Source: a bacterium
GTDB taxonomy: Bacteria; SAR324; XYD2-FULL-50-16
Direction: 5' to 3'
Length of the DNA: 64,000 nt
Assembly: GCA_032250835.1 (NCBI GenBank)
Contig: JAVVEA010000012.1
Span: 32,001-96,000 of the forward strand
Part shown: positions 29,315 through 40,051 of the stretch, piece after piece
How positions within the stretch are numbered: the first letter of the stretch is position 1
Layout of the letters: each line of letters begins with the position of its first letter
Position numbers and translations under genes: made by a program
Notes under the pieces: model-generated
The model's input: the letters and a program-made list of their open reading frames with translations, nothing else
Database searches by the model: none
What the model was told of the DNA's origin: nothing

Positions 29315-30831
29315 GCGAGGCGGTCCGTGGAGATATGATAACGGGGGTCTTCCACTAGGTTGAAGTCCACCATGCTGCCCGCGTTTTCTAAGAGTTGGGC
29401 GCATTCGGGGCTCAGGTGCTTGAGCCGCAAAAACTTGCCCAACCCCAAATAACGCTCGGTCAGTGCGTTGATCGCTTCTAAACCCGAGTGGTCGTAAACC
29501 CTAGAATCTTGGAAGTCGATCACCACCTCAATGGGGTCCTCGTTAGGCGTAAAGAGGTCGTGGAAGCTGCGGACCGAGCCAAAAAATAACGGGCCCGACA
29601 GCTTATATATCTTCACCCCTTTAACATCGATCTCGGTACGCACCCAAATCTTTTGAGCCTGCTTCCAAGCAAAGACCAAGGCCGAAACGATCACCCCTAC
29701 GCCCACCGCCACAGCCAAGTCCGTGACCACCGTCACGCCCGAAACCAGGATCAACACAAAAGCGTCGGACTTAGGGATCTTGGGGATCAGCAAAATGCTG
29801 GGCCAAGCAAAGGTCCCGATCACCACCATAAACATGACGCCCACCAAGGCGGTCAAGGGGATCATTTCGATCAAGCTGGAAGCAAAAAGAATAAAGACCA
29901 ACAGGAACAAAGCCGCCAAGATGCCTGAGGCCCGGCCCCGTCCCCCTGAATTGATGTTGATCATGCTCTGGCCGATCATGGCGCAACCGCCCATACCGCC
30001 GAAGAAGCCGGTCACCACGTTGGCCACGCCCTGACCGATACATTCTTTATTGCCGCGCCCGCGGGTCTCCGTGATCTCGTCGATCAGGCTCAGGGTCATC
30101 AAAGACTCAATCAAACCTACTGCCGCCAAAATCACCGCATAGGGCAGGATAATCTTTAGGGTCTCCAGGTTCCAGGGGACATCAGGGATGTTAAAATCCG
30201 GCAGGCCACCGGCGACCTGGGCCAAGTCCCCGACGGTGCGGGTGTCTAAGTTGAGGCCGTGGACTAAGCCAGTGACCACCAGGATTGCCGCTAAAGACGC
30301 AGGCACCGCTTTGGTCAGCTTGGGCAAGAAGTGGATGATCGCCATGGTCAGCGCCACTAAGCCCAGCATCAAGTAAAGCCGCTCTCCGGTCACCCAGCCG
30401 CCGGTCTGACGGTCTTTGAAGTTCGATAGCTGGGCTAAGAAGATGATGATCGCCAAACCGTTCACAAAGCCCAACATGACCGGATGGGGGATCAGCCGGA
30501 CAAATTTCCCCATTTTGGCGACGCCCGCGCCGATCTGGATAATCCCCATCAAGACCACCGTAGCGAAAAGGTATTGGATGCCATGTTCGGCTACCAACTG
30601 GATTACCACCACCGCCAAAGCGCCGGTGGCCCCAGAAATCATGCCCGGCCGCCCGCCGATGGCCGCCGTGATCAGGCCGACCATAAAGGTGGCGTAAAGG
30701 CCCACTAGGGGCTCGACCCCGGCAACAAACGAAAAGGCTACGGCCTCGGGCACCAATACCAGAGTGACCGTCAGGCCCGGAAGGAGGGCATCTTTTAAAT
30801 GGGTACTACGGCGTAAGATATAGTCGAACAT
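29311..30831 (-). CDS. SulP family inorganic anion transporter with STAS domain
   Basis: [41 protein letters not shown] at 30831 preferred. Confidence 0.92.
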   Translation of the reverse strand: MFDYILRRSTHLKDALLPGLTVTLVLVPEAVAFSFVAGVEPLVGLYATFMVGLITAAIGGRPGMISGATGALAVVVIQLVAEHGIQYLFATVVLMGIIQIGAGVAKMGKFVRLIPHPVMLGFVNGLAIIIFLAQLSNFKDRQTGGWVTGERLYLMLGLVALTMAIIHFLPKLTKAVPASLAAILVVTGLVHGLNLDTRTVGDLAQVAGGLPDFNIPDVPWNLETLKIILPYAVILAAVGLIESLMTLSLIDEITETRGRGNKECIGQGVANVVTGFFGGMGGCAMIGQSMININSGGRGRASGILAALFLLVFILFASSLIEMIPLTALVGVMFMVVIGTFAWPSILLIPKIPKSDAFVLILVSGVTVVTDLAVAVGVGVIVSALVFAWKQAQKIWVRTEIDVKGVKIYKLSGPLFFGSVRSFHDLFTPNEDPIEVVIDFQDSRVYDHSGLEAINALTERYLGLGKFLRLKHLSPECAQLLENAGSMVDFNLVEDPRYHISTDRLA

Positions 30832-31073
30832 CAAAGGTCTTTTGAGGAGGTTAAGGGCCGGGGGAAAAAGGTCCACATTAAAAGGCCCGAGAGAGGTTGT
30901 CAACCCAAAATTTTGTGAAACCCATTACACAAGCCTATGGATAGGGCCGCTTGCCTGCCCCTAACCCCCTCGAACAGGCTGGCCATGTAATCACTTATTT
31001 CAATTAGTTAACCAATATACCGGAGGGGTGCTGGAAAAGAGGGGAAAAAAAGTTACAAAAAAAATGGCGGTCA

Positions 31074-31103
31074 TTGACAAAGGGTGGCGGTCTGAAATAG
31101 ATT
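31074..31103 (+). promoter_or_regulatory. Sigma70-type promoter upstream of the RRM gene
   Basis: TTGACA-N18-TAGATT with upstream A-tracts. Confidence 0.55.
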
Positions 31104-31362
31104 CTACCTTAGCTAAGCCAAGAGGCACTAGAACAGATACCGTGAACGATTGGTTTCGACCAATCCTCACCACCATAAAAATGGGGATCCAGCTAGTTCT
31201 TGGTCCCCTTTTTTTATGACCTGATTATAGGTTACGACCTAAAAAAGGGACAAAGCCCAATAGTTGGACTCAACGTCCTGGGCTTTGGTTTTGGTGCATA
31301 TGGGCGGAAGAGCTGCCCGGCGGGCTTGGCTGTGAAACATCCTTTGAGAAAGAGAAGAAAGC

Positions 31363-31650
31363 ATGAATATTTACGTTGGAAACCTCCCCTATTCCGTGAC
31401 CGAAGCTGATCTGCGCGAGCTGTTTTCAGAATTCGGTGATGTCTCTAAAGCTACTGTGATCATGGATCGGGAGACCGGCCGCGCTAAAGGCTTTGGCTTT
31501 GTTGAAATGTCTGACGACTCGGCAGCTAGCGAAGCGATTTCGCAGTTGAACGAGACCAGCCTACAGGGTCGCAACCTGAAGGTCAACGAAGCTCGTCCCC
31601 GCGAAGAACGCCCCCGTGGTGGTGGCGGTGGCGGTCGCGGTCGCTATTAA
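31363..31650 (+). CDS. RNA recognition motif (RRM) RNA-binding protein with Gly/Arg tail
   Basis: RNP2 IYVGNL, RNP1 KGFGFVEM, VNEARPRE...GGGGGGRGRY. Confidence 0.95.
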   Translation: MNIYVGNLPYSVTEADLRELFSEFGDVSKATVIMDRETGRAKGFGFVEMSDDSAASEAISQLNETSLQGRNLKVNEARPREERPRGGGGGGRGRY

Positions 31651-31708
31651 TAGCAACGGACCCAAAGTAGCTGCCTAGTCGCTTCGGTGGTTAGGTAAGT
31701 AGCCTGAG

Positions 31709-31744
31709 AGCCCGAGAAGATTCGTCTTCTCGGGCTTTTTTTTT
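31709..31744 (+). terminator. Rho-independent terminator
   Basis: AGCCCGAGAAGA-TTCG-TCTTCTCGGGCT followed by a T-tract. Confidence 0.9.
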
Positions 31745-31805
31745 GCCTTGCCTCCAAGGATTGGGTGAAGGCATTAGAATTTTCTAATTTTGACTGGTAG
31801 CCAAC

Positions 31806-32315
31806 ATGATCCAACCCATCAAACTCACCCCAGCCCCCGAGCCGCCGCACCCCTCAAGGCCCCGACCAGCAGACTATGCCGACGGCTTCGCTCTAAACTT
31901 GATTGTTTCAAGTGATATCAGTGCATTGACTCTGGAGTTTTTAAAGTCGCTGCCCCTATGGGCCGCCAGACTGGTCGCGCTGCGTAATTATCTGGTTGCT
32001 TGGACTGGACTCAAGGCCCAGCCCATTAAGCGCGAACTGGACGAGGCCGATTTGGTCCCGGGGGCGGACTTGGGGCTGTTTACCTGTTATGGTTGCGGCC
32101 CTGATGAAGTCCTGCTGGGACAAAAGGAACGCCACTTGGACTTTTATACCAGCCTAAAATTGGTCCCCTTGACCGGTAGTAGCCAACTACAGGTGAGCAC
32201 TTGGGTCTATTTCCACAACCCCTGGGGTCGGGCCTACTTTTTCTTCGTCGCCCCCTGGCACCGCTGGATCGTCCGCAGCATGTTGGAGCGTCTGGCTCAT
32301 CGGCTGATTCGGTAA
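31806..32315 (+). CDS. DUF2867-like protein
   Basis: DYADGF, LRNYLV, ERHLDF and HNPWGRAYFFFVAPWHRWIV patterns. Confidence 0.7.
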   Translation: MIQPIKLTPAPEPPHPSRPRPADYADGFALNLIVSSDISALTLEFLKSLPLWAARLVALRNYLVAWTGLKAQPIKRELDEADLVPGADLGLFTCYGCGPDEVLLGQKERHLDFYTSLKLVPLTGSSQLQVSTWVYFHNPWGRAYFFFVAPWHRWIVRSMLERLAHRLIR

Positions 32316-32381
32316 TTCACCTGTTGCCAGTCGGGCCTATAGGCGGCAACCTATAGGAAACCCGCTTGTTAGAGGACAACT

Positions 32382-33188
32382 ATGTTGAAGGGCTTGTCGA
32401 TTGTCTTGAGCTTTGTGGTCTTGCTGGTGCTATTCTGGGCTCATTTTAGCCGCCAAGGCTTCGAGCGCAAGGCAGAATCCGAACGGGGGCGGCTGCTCCA
32501 ATTGGGCCAAAGCCCCGCTTCAAACCCGCTGCCCGAAGCGTTGCAACGGGCGGTAGAGTTGTCCGGTGACTTGCCGAGTGCGAGCCAGTGGGTTGAGTTG
32601 CAGCAAGAGGGGCATATGCGCCTCAAGCCCGATGGCCCCTGGATTCCTTTTAAGGCGAACCATCTTGCGTTGGTGGATCGTCCGGGTTTTGTTTGGTGCG
32701 CGGAGATGGAGATGTTGCCGCTCGTTCCGGTGTTGGTCTGTGACAGCTATGTAGAAGGGAGAGGGCGTCTGGAAGCGCGGATCGGTGGGTTCATTACCAT
32801 TGCCCACGAAGAGGGGAACGACTTAGCCTTAGGCGAGTTATTCCGCTACTATGCCGAGTTGCCTTGGCTGCCCCAGGGGTTTGCCGCTCAACAAAACGCT
32901 CAATGGAGCCAAGGGCCTGATGGGGTCCAACTGCTCTTTGAGGCCGACGGCAACCGGGGCGAGGTCCGCTACCGTTTCAATGCACTGGGGCAGATAGACG
33001 AAGTCCATGCCCAGCGGCCCAACGCTAACGTAGGGGGGCGCAAGTTCCCTTGGACCGGGCGGTTCTCGGATTATCAAGACTTCGGTGGTCTGAGCCTGCC
33101 CGCCCAAGGCGAGGTTTCTTGGGGCCTTCCGGGCGGCGAGTGGACCTATTGGAAAGGGCGCATCATCTCCGTGAAGTTTGGACCTTGA
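32382..33188 (+). CDS. DUF6544-like membrane-anchored hypothetical protein
   Basis: N-terminal TM; QEGHMRL...W.PF.A, PGFVW, GELFRYYAELPWLP. Confidence 0.6.
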   Translation: MLKGLSIVLSFVVLLVLFWAHFSRQGFERKAESERGRLLQLGQSPASNPLPEALQRAVELSGDLPSASQWVELQQEGHMRLKPDGPWIPFKANHLALVDRPGFVWCAEMEMLPLVPVLVCDSYVEGRGRLEARIGGFITIAHEEGNDLALGELFRYYAELPWLPQGFAAQQNAQWSQGPDGVQLLFEADGNRGEVRYRFNALGQIDEVHAQRPNANVGGRKFPWTGRFSDYQDFGGLSLPAQGEVSWGLPGGEWTYWKGRIISVKFGP

Positions 33189-33349
33189 GGCGGGGCGGGC
33201 TTAAGGTCGAAGGTCTGGGTTTAGTAAGACAGCCTAATCCCAGGCAATAGCCCCCTAAAAAAATGTAGGCGGCAAAAAATAAAGGCCGCCTGAGCGGCCC
33301 GGTTAGCCTTCTGGTGGGTCGTTATTTTGCCGAGCCGAAGGGGGTCTAG

Positions 33350-33703
33350 CTAAAGGCTCTTCCCGTCATATTCAATGATCTGGACCTGACTTAGATCAAA
33401 TTCATCCAATGTGCGCAGGTTGACGGCGGTCATCATTTGCCCGGTGCCTGGCAGCGCACCCTTTGAAAAGGGCGTGACGCCACAGTTTGAACAAAAGTAG
33501 TGTTCGATGGCTTTTTTGTTGAACTGGTAGCTGGTCAGCGTTGAATCCCCGCTCAACAGCTTGAATTGTTCTGCGGGAACGAAAACGCGCAAAGCCGCTG
33601 TTTTGGAACAGATGGAACAATTGCAGGAAACCGCCTGGTCGGGAGTGAATTCCACTTCAAATCGAAGGGCGCCGCAATGACACCCGCCTGGATAAGTTTT
33701 CAT
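33350..33703 (-). CDS. GFA (CENP-V) family zinc protein
   Basis: GGCHCG, CNCSIC, HYFCSNCG. Confidence 0.92.
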   Translation of the reverse strand: MKTYPGGCHCGALRFEVEFTPDQAVSCNCSICSKTAALRVFVPAEQFKLLSGDSTLTSYQFNKKAIEHYFCSNCGVTPFSKGALPGTGQMMTAVNLRTLDEFDLSQVQIIEYDGKSL

Positions 33704-33764
33704 ATCGTTTTTTTTGCGCTTGGGGGTTGAGAGGCTTAGATATGAACCGCTAGGGAGGGGTTGT

Positions 33765-34538
33765 CTAATCGGGGGGGGCTTTTTCTACTGGGGGGAAGCC
33801 CCCATAGATGGGCTCTGAGAAAGCCACTTCCCCGGCGATCAGCTCGATGGCTTCGCCTTGACTAACAATCCGCAAGGCCCCTTGGGGACTTAAGCCCAAT
33901 ACCTGCCCGCTGCGGGTTTGGCCCTGCCATTCAAAGGAAACCTCGGCCCCTAGGCTTAAAGAAGCAGCCTCCCAAGCGGCGATCAGGGGCGCTAAGTCTC
34001 GGGCGCAAGCGGCGCAGAGTGCCTCGGCTTGGTCCAATATCTCTTCAAATAGGGCTTTGGGTTCCGGCGGGGGACAACGGAGCAACTCAAAATTAGTCAA
34101 CTTACCGGCCAATTCACGGGGGTAATCTTCCAAGGTTCCGCGCAGGTTCACGCCAATCCCGCACACCACCCCTTCGCCGCTGGCCTCGCACAATATCCCC
34201 GCCAGCTTCCGTCGGCCACTCAGCAGGTCATTGGGCCATTTCAACCGGAGGTCTGGGGCCCCAAAATGCTCTGCGGCGCGCAAGACCGCCAAGCCAACCA
34301 ACAGGGTCAAGGCAGGACGGAAGTGGGGCCATTCTCGGTTGGCCACATAGAAGCTGGCAAACAGTTGTCCCTCGGCCCCTGCCTCCCACTGGCGGCCCAA
34401 CCGGCCCCGTCCTTGGGTCTGACGCCGGGCCAACAGGGCTAATCCGGGCCTGGCTTGCGCCAGCAGCCAAAGGTTGGTGCTGTCTAGCTCCTCAAAATCC
34501 AACAGTTCCCGCCCCCAAAGGTTACGCCGCTGTTTCAT
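33765..34538 (-). CDS. birA: Biotin-[acetyl-CoA carboxylase] ligase, no HTH domain
   Basis: LDSTN, QTQGRGRLGRQW, LKWPND, KLAGIL, GIGVN. Confidence 0.92.
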   Translation of the reverse strand: MKQRRNLWGRELLDFEELDSTNLWLLAQARPGLALLARRQTQGRGRLGRQWEAGAEGQLFASFYVANREWPHFRPALTLLVGLAVLRAAEHFGAPDLRLKWPNDLLSGRRKLAGILCEASGEGVVCGIGVNLRGTLEDYPRELAGKLTNFELLRCPPPEPKALFEEILDQAEALCAACARDLAPLIAAWEAASLSLGAEVSFEWQGQTRSGQVLGLSPQGALRIVSQGEAIELIAGEVAFSEPIYGGFPPVEKAPPD

Positions 34539-34597
34539 TGACCAAATCCCGCCAAATGCCTAAGTTAAACAAACCTCCAATACAAGCTGATCAAACG

Positions 34598-35407
34598 ATG
34601 AAGATTGCCTCTTTTAATGTCAACAGCATCCGCGCCCGTCTGGAACTGTTGCTGCAATATTTAAAAACCGAATCGCCGGACATCCTGGGATTACAAGAGA
34701 CCAAGGTCCAAGACCACGAGTTTCCCGTTGAAGCCCTTGCCGATGCGGGCTATGAAGTCGATTTTTTTGGCCAAAAATCCTATAACGGGGTGGCCCTGCT
34801 CTCTAAGGTCAAGCCTTTAAGCGTCCAACGGGGCTTTAAAACAGATGGCCCCGAAGACCAAAAACGCTTCCAGGCAGCTCGTTTCAGGACCACTGAAGGC
34901 AAGGAATTGGTGGTGGTCAATGGCTATTTTCCTCAGGGCGAAAATCGCGAGCACCCCACTAAGTTCCCGGCGAAGAAGAAGTTTTATGAAGACCTACAGC
35001 GTTTTTTAGCGAACGAAGACCCTTCGGGCTATCTCATGGTGATGGGTGATTTTAATATTTCGCCCACCGATCTAGATATTGGGATCGGGGAAACCAACGC
35101 CAAACGGTGGCTGAAAACCGGCAAGTGTTCCTTCTTGCCCGAAGAACGGGAGTGGTTAGGCCGGATGGCCGGATGGGGGCTTTTTGACAGCTTTCGAGAG
35201 CTACACCCGGAGGTAAAGGATCAATTCAGTTGGTTCGATTACCGCAGTGGGGGTTACCCAGACCGGGGGCTGCGTATCGACCAGATTTGGGTGACCAAAC
35301 CTTTATTAGAACATTGCCTTGAAGCAGGCATCGACTACCACTTGAGGGCACAAGAACGGCCCTCGGACCATTGTGTGATCTGGAGCCGCTTCAACCTAGG
35401 CCTTTAG
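34598..35407 (+). CDS. xthA: Exodeoxyribonuclease III
   Basis: MKIASFNVNS, LQETK, NGYFPQG, MGDFN, SWFDYR, GLRID, SDH. Confidence 0.95.
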   Translation: MKIASFNVNSIRARLELLLQYLKTESPDILGLQETKVQDHEFPVEALADAGYEVDFFGQKSYNGVALLSKVKPLSVQRGFKTDGPEDQKRFQAARFRTTEGKELVVVNGYFPQGENREHPTKFPAKKKFYEDLQRFLANEDPSGYLMVMGDFNISPTDLDIGIGETNAKRWLKTGKCSFLPEEREWLGRMAGWGLFDSFRELHPEVKDQFSWFDYRSGGYPDRGLRIDQIWVTKPLLEHCLEAGIDYHLRAQERPSDHCVIWSRFNLGL

Positions 35408-35477
35408 TGGAAAGGTCTTTACGAAGCAAGGCAAAAACCGCTAGTTTGGTGGAATGTTCCTTTAGCCCCACGGAGCC

Positions 35478-36284
35478 ATGAGCGAAGAACCACAGATTTT
35501 AGAAAATACCGCCGCCAATGCAGTCATGCCCGGCGAAGACTTCTCCGCTATCGGCCGCAGTTTGCTGGCCAAGCGTGAAGAACTCTCTTATACGCTAGAA
35601 CACGTTGCCGAGATCACCCGGATCACCCTATCCAACCTGCGCGCCATTGAAGACGGCGAGATGGATAAACTGCCGGGTTTGGTCTTTGTGCGCGGTTTTG
35701 TGCGCAACTACGCCAACCTACTAGGCCTCGATTCAGACTGGATGGTCGACGTGCTCAACCGGGTCTACGGTCACCATGAAGACGCACTCCACGCGGCCAA
35801 AATGCCGGTGCGCAGCGGCTTAGACCTAGGTCAACTCAACCTGTCCCATTTGGGCCTGTTGGCCGGGGCTTTTGTGGTGATCTTGCTGATCGGTTACTTC
35901 ATGAGCAGCAACCAGTCCGGCGAGGGCCCAGTCCAACAAGCGGTCCAAGCGGTGGAATCCACCCAGGAAGCAGGCGTTAAGGACCTAAAAAAACAAGAAC
36001 AGGCGATCCAAACGGCCATCAGCCCCTTAAACTTGGTTTTGGTCGCCAAAGCCGACGAATGGGTTTCGGTCGCCAAAGACGGCGAGCGCAGCCGCGAATT
36101 GCTGCTGGAAAAGGGCAAAAAATATGAATTCCCTGCCGATGATTATTACCAGGTGGTGATGACCAGCGGATCTAGCGCTTCGATTTACCTGAATGGAGAG
36201 GAATTAGAGATCCCTAAAGATCAACACGAAAAGCTTTACCAATCCAAGCTGAATAAGTTTTCTTTGACCCGGATGAATAACTAA
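35478..36284 (+). CDS. rodZ: RodZ-like HTH-TM-DUF4115 protein
   Basis: HTH ending in FVRGFVRNYANLLGL; one TM; periplasmic LVAKADEWVSV...YLNG. Confidence 0.8.
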   Translation: MSEEPQILENTAANAVMPGEDFSAIGRSLLAKREELSYTLEHVAEITRITLSNLRAIEDGEMDKLPGLVFVRGFVRNYANLLGLDSDWMVDVLNRVYGHHEDALHAAKMPVRSGLDLGQLNLSHLGLLAGAFVVILLIGYFMSSNQSGEGPVQQAVQAVESTQEAGVKDLKKQEQAIQTAISPLNLVLVAKADEWVSVAKDGERSRELLLEKGKKYEFPADDYYQVVMTSGSSASIYLNGEELEIPKDQHEKLYQSKLNKFSLTRMNN

Positions 36285-36285
36285 G

Positions 36286-37497
36286 ATGAAAGCCCTGGTC
36301 CTAGCCGCCGCCAAATCTGCTAAATTAAGCCCCTTTTCGGACAGCCGTCCGAAAACCATGATCAACCTGAGCGGTCAGATGATCTTAGAGCGGCAGTTGC
36401 GCATGCTCAAAGAGGCGGGGGTCAACGAGGTCTTTTTGGTGGTTGGGCATAAGCGGGAGATGATCCAGCAAGCCTTCCACTACGGCCGCGAACTGGGTCT
36501 GAAAATCGACTATTTGGTCCAGGAAGAACAAAAGGGGATCGGCAATGCCGTAGCACTTGGAGCCAAGGCCTTGGCCCAGGAAGAACGTTTCTTGCTGGTT
36601 TACGGCGATGGCCTGATGGGCGGGAATAACTTCAAACAGTTGATTGACCGCGTTCCCTTGGCCTCCAAACCCAACTTGGCCACCGTCACCCACCCGTCCT
36701 CCGATGGAGCCTACGGTAACGTCTACCTCTCTGGTGAGATGTTGATCAGCAAGTTAGTAGAAAAGCCCGAGGCCGGTCGATTTTCCAACTACATCTTTGG
36801 CGGGGCCTTTATTTTAAGCCCCAAGATCTTTGACCTGTTGGCCCAAAAGGGCGAAGACATGTTGGCGGTCTACCAGGAATTGATCGCCAATGCGGAGATG
36901 GAAGCGAGCCTCTGGGAAGATAGCTGGATCGACATCACCCGTCCTTGGCATATCCTGCTGGCCAATCAAATGGTCATGCGCCGCTGGAATGAAACGATCA
37001 TCCCCGAGTCTGCGGTGATCGAACCCAATGTGACCCTACGCGGTGCGGTGCATCTGGGCGAAGGGGTCCATATCGCTTCGGGCACCACCATTGTCGGCCC
37101 CTGTTACGTCGGCGCTGGGAGTTATATTGGTAACTCCTGCCTGATCCGTACCTTCTCCAGCATCGGGCCCCAATGCACTATTGGTTATGGTACGGAAGTC
37201 AAAAATGCGGTGCTCTTCGGCAACAGCGTGGTCGGGCGGCTCTCCTTTATTGGGGATTCAGTCTTAGGCGAACACGTACACCTCGGCTCGGGCACCATGA
37301 CCATCAACCACCGCATCGAAGGGGGCAACATTACCTTCAAGCCCGCCGACGAAGCCCCATTAGATACGGGCTTAAGTAAGCTAGGTGCCTTCATCGGCGA
37401 CCACGCCGTGATCGGCACTGGCCATAATTTGGCTCCCGGCACCTGGATTGGCTCTGGCCAGATCTTGGGTGATCAATTTACCTTCCGAAACGAATAA
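36286..37497 (+). CDS. Archaeal-GlmU-like sugar-1-phosphate nucleotidyltransferase with hexapeptide acyltransferase domain
   Basis: KALVLAA...RPK, VYGD, VEKP, WIDITRPWHILLAN; LbH repeats; GTEVKNAV, SFIGDSVLG, KLGAFIGD. Confidence 0.8.
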   Translation: MKALVLAAAKSAKLSPFSDSRPKTMINLSGQMILERQLRMLKEAGVNEVFLVVGHKREMIQQAFHYGRELGLKIDYLVQEEQKGIGNAVALGAKALAQEERFLLVYGDGLMGGNNFKQLIDRVPLASKPNLATVTHPSSDGAYGNVYLSGEMLISKLVEKPEAGRFSNYIFGGAFILSPKIFDLLAQKGEDMLAVYQELIANAEMEASLWEDSWIDITRPWHILLANQMVMRRWNETIIPESAVIEPNVTLRGAVHLGEGVHIASGTTIVGPCYVGAGSYIGNSCLIRTFSSIGPQCTIGYGTEVKNAVLFGNSVVGRLSFIGDSVLGEHVHLGSGTMTINHRIEGGNITFKPADEAPLDTGLSKLGAFIGDHAVIGTGHNLAPGTWIGSGQILGDQFTFRNE

Positions 37498-37503
37498 AAC
37501 GCC

Positions 37504-39324
37504 ATGTGCGGAATCAGCGCAATCGCTAGCCACCGACCGGTGGCAGCCGGACTGCTCCAATGCCTAAAGAATTTGGAGTACCGCGGGTACGACTCCTGCG
37601 GCATGGCACTGCAAAGCGACCAAGGGATCGAACTACGCAAAAACGTAGGCAACGTGGCCGCAGTGGACGAAGCCGAACACTTTGTTGAAATGCCCGGCCA
37701 CCTCGGCATCGCCCACACTAGGTGGGCGACCCACGGCGGAGTCACCAAAGAAAACTCCCATCCCCATGCCTCTAATGACGGCCAGTTTGTGGTGGTCCAC
37801 AACGGGATCTTCTCAAACTACCAGACGCTGCGCGAAGAACTGCGTGCCAAAGGCTATACCTTCTTTTCCGATACGGACACCGAAGTCCTGGCCAACCTGT
37901 TAGAAGAAGCTTATAAGACCCACCCGGAGGTGGAAGCGGCCTTTATTGCCGCAGTGCACCAGCTCGAAGGCTCTTACGCGGTGGCCATCCTCTCAGAGCA
38001 CCAACGCGGAACCCTTTTCGGCGCCAAAAAGGATTCTCCTTTAGTGCTGGGTTTAGGGGACGGTGAAATCTTTCTAACTTCGGACATCAACGCCTACATC
38101 AGCGAGACCCGCGACACGGTGCTGCTCAACGATATGGAGTATGTAGTCGTCACCAAGGACACCTGGCAGGTCAAATCACTGCTCGACGGCAAAAAGCTGA
38201 CCAAAGAGGTGATCCAAGTCCAGTGGGACCGCGAAACGGCCCAGATGGGCGGTTATTCCCATTACATGCTCAAGGAAATCTTCGACCAACCCCAAACCAT
38301 TAAAAATGCGTTGGCCGTTGACCAAAGCCAGATCGAGCAAATTGCCCGTCAGTTTGTGGCGAAGGGGCAGAACTTCCTTTGTGGAGTGGGTACCACCTAT
38401 TACGTGGCCATGGTGGGGGCCTATCTTTTTAAGCGGTACGCCCAACTTTACGTCCCGGCGATCAGCTCCGACGAATTCCCCACCCTGCTGCCTTTGAGCG
38501 CCGACCAACACAGCCTGTTTTTGAGTCAGTCTGGGGAAACCTACGATACCCGGATGGCCATCCGCGCTGCCCAAGAAGCTGGTGGAGCGACTAGCGCCAT
38601 CGTCAACGTAGTGGGCAGTTCCATCAGCCAAATGGTGGACCAATGTATTTTTCAGGGTTCTGGCCCGGAAATCTGCGTCGTCAGTACCAAAGCGGCTTTA
38701 AGCCAAATGATCCTACTTTGGCGGATCGCGCTGCGCACCGGTGTGCACCGTGGAACGCTATCTTTGGCCGAAGAAAAGCGCATCTTGGGGCATTTGCAAG
38801 AATTTGGCGAAATGCTGACCGATACACTCAACGAGGAATCTGGCTTCATCCGCCAATTGGCCAAGCAGACCAGCCATATCCACAACTGGCTGTTTATGGG
38901 TAAGGATATTTATTACCCTATGGCGCTGGAATCGGCCTTAAAAATGAAAGAAGTCACCTACCTTCATGCCGAAGGGCTCCCGGCTGGGTTTTTGAAGCAC
39001 GGCACGCTGGCCATGGTGGACCCCAGCCTCTTCAGCCTATTCTTCCTGCCCACCCAGGGTGAAGGGGACCTTTACCGCTCGACCTTAGCCGCCATCGAAG
39101 AAGTCCGCGCCCGTGACGGCGTGGTGATCAGCTTCGCTACCGAAGGCAACCACCAAGCCCGCGAGCTGATGAACCACTGCATCCAGGTGCCCGACCTCCC
39201 GGCCGAAACCATGCCGCTGATGCAATTGGTGTTGGCCCAGCTCTTTTCTTATTATTCAGCGCTGCACTTGGGACTGAATATCGATAAACCCCGCAATTTG
39301 GCCAAATCGGTCACCGTGGGCTAG
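37504..39324 (+). CDS. glmS: Glutamine-fructose-6-phosphate transaminase (isomerizing)
   Basis: MCGI, LEYRGYDS, HTRWATHG, HNG, SQSGET, STKA, PRNLAKSVTV. Confidence 0.92.
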   Translation: MCGISAIASHRPVAAGLLQCLKNLEYRGYDSCGMALQSDQGIELRKNVGNVAAVDEAEHFVEMPGHLGIAHTRWATHGGVTKENSHPHASNDGQFVVVHNGIFSNYQTLREELRAKGYTFFSDTDTEVLANLLEEAYKTHPEVEAAFIAAVHQLEGSYAVAILSEHQRGTLFGAKKDSPLVLGLGDGEIFLTSDINAYISETRDTVLLNDMEYVVVTKDTWQVKSLLDGKKLTKEVIQVQWDRETAQMGGYSHYMLKEIFDQPQTIKNALAVDQSQIEQIARQFVAKGQNFLCGVGTTYYVAMVGAYLFKRYAQLYVPAISSDEFPTLLPLSADQHSLFLSQSGETYDTRMAIRAAQEAGGATSAIVNVVGSSISQMVDQCIFQGSGPEICVVSTKAALSQMILLWRIALRTGVHRGTLSLAEEKRILGHLQEFGEMLTDTLNEESGFIRQLAKQTSHIHNWLFMGKDIYYPMALESALKMKEVTYLHAEGLPAGFLKHGTLAMVDPSLFSLFFLPTQGEGDLYRSTLAAIEEVRARDGVVISFATEGNHQARELMNHCIQVPDLPAETMPLMQLVLAQLFSYYSALHLGLNIDKPRNLAKSVTVG

Positions 39325-40016
39325 TGGACGTCGAGCGCTTCCCGCTGCAGCTGTTTGATCTCGACGACACCCTCCTGCATACCCGCGCTAGCTATTATGC
39401 AGCCCAAGAGTATGCCGTAGACGAACTGTGGGACCGTTTGCTGCTTCCCCAGCGCGAGCGCGCTTACCAAGAGATCCATTGGTTTTCCAAGCGGATTGGT
39501 TCGGTGGACCCACCAGCCTACATGAGCGCCTTCTTGCAAAGCTGGGGTATCCTCAACGACGCCAACTTACGCCTGCTGCTTGAATGTTACCGTGAATCTT
39601 ATTGGAGCGACATCAAGCTTTATGAAGGCGCTCTAGAATTTTTAGAGAAGCTCCAGACCCAGGGACGCCAGTTGGGGTTGGTCAGCAATGGCACCAGCAG
39701 CACCCAACACAAAAAGGTGATGCATACCGGGCTAGGCCGGTTTTTCCCCGCTGCGGCAAGGTTCATCTCCGGCGATTTCGAGCCGAGACACAAAAAACCC
39801 TCACCCTACATGATTTTGCGGGCTTTGGAGTACTTCGGCAGAGAGCCGAGTGAAACAATATATTATGGGAATACCCAGGATGACGTCCTGGCGGCAAACT
39901 TGGCCGGAGTGACCAGTTTGTTATTTGGTCCTGAAGAAACAGAAGAAACCGCACCGCAAGCGGCCAAACCGGTCTTGCGGCGCGGATCTTGGTTGGGGAT
40001 CGTAAAACCAGCCTGA
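39324..40016 (+). CDS. HAD-family hydrolase
   Basis: FDLDDTL, VSNG, KKPSP, GN...DVLAA. Confidence 0.85.
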   Translation: MDVERFPLQLFDLDDTLLHTRASYYAAQEYAVDELWDRLLLPQRERAYQEIHWFSKRIGSVDPPAYMSAFLQSWGILNDANLRLLLECYRESYWSDIKLYEGALEFLEKLQTQGRQLGLVSNGTSSTQHKKVMHTGLGRFFPAAARFISGDFEPRHKKPSPYMILRALEYFGREPSETIYYGNTQDDVLAANLAGVTSLLFGPEETEETAPQAAKPVLRRGSWLGIVKPA

Positions 40017-40051
40017 AGCACAGGGGGCGAACCCCTGCACCTCAATCGGCC

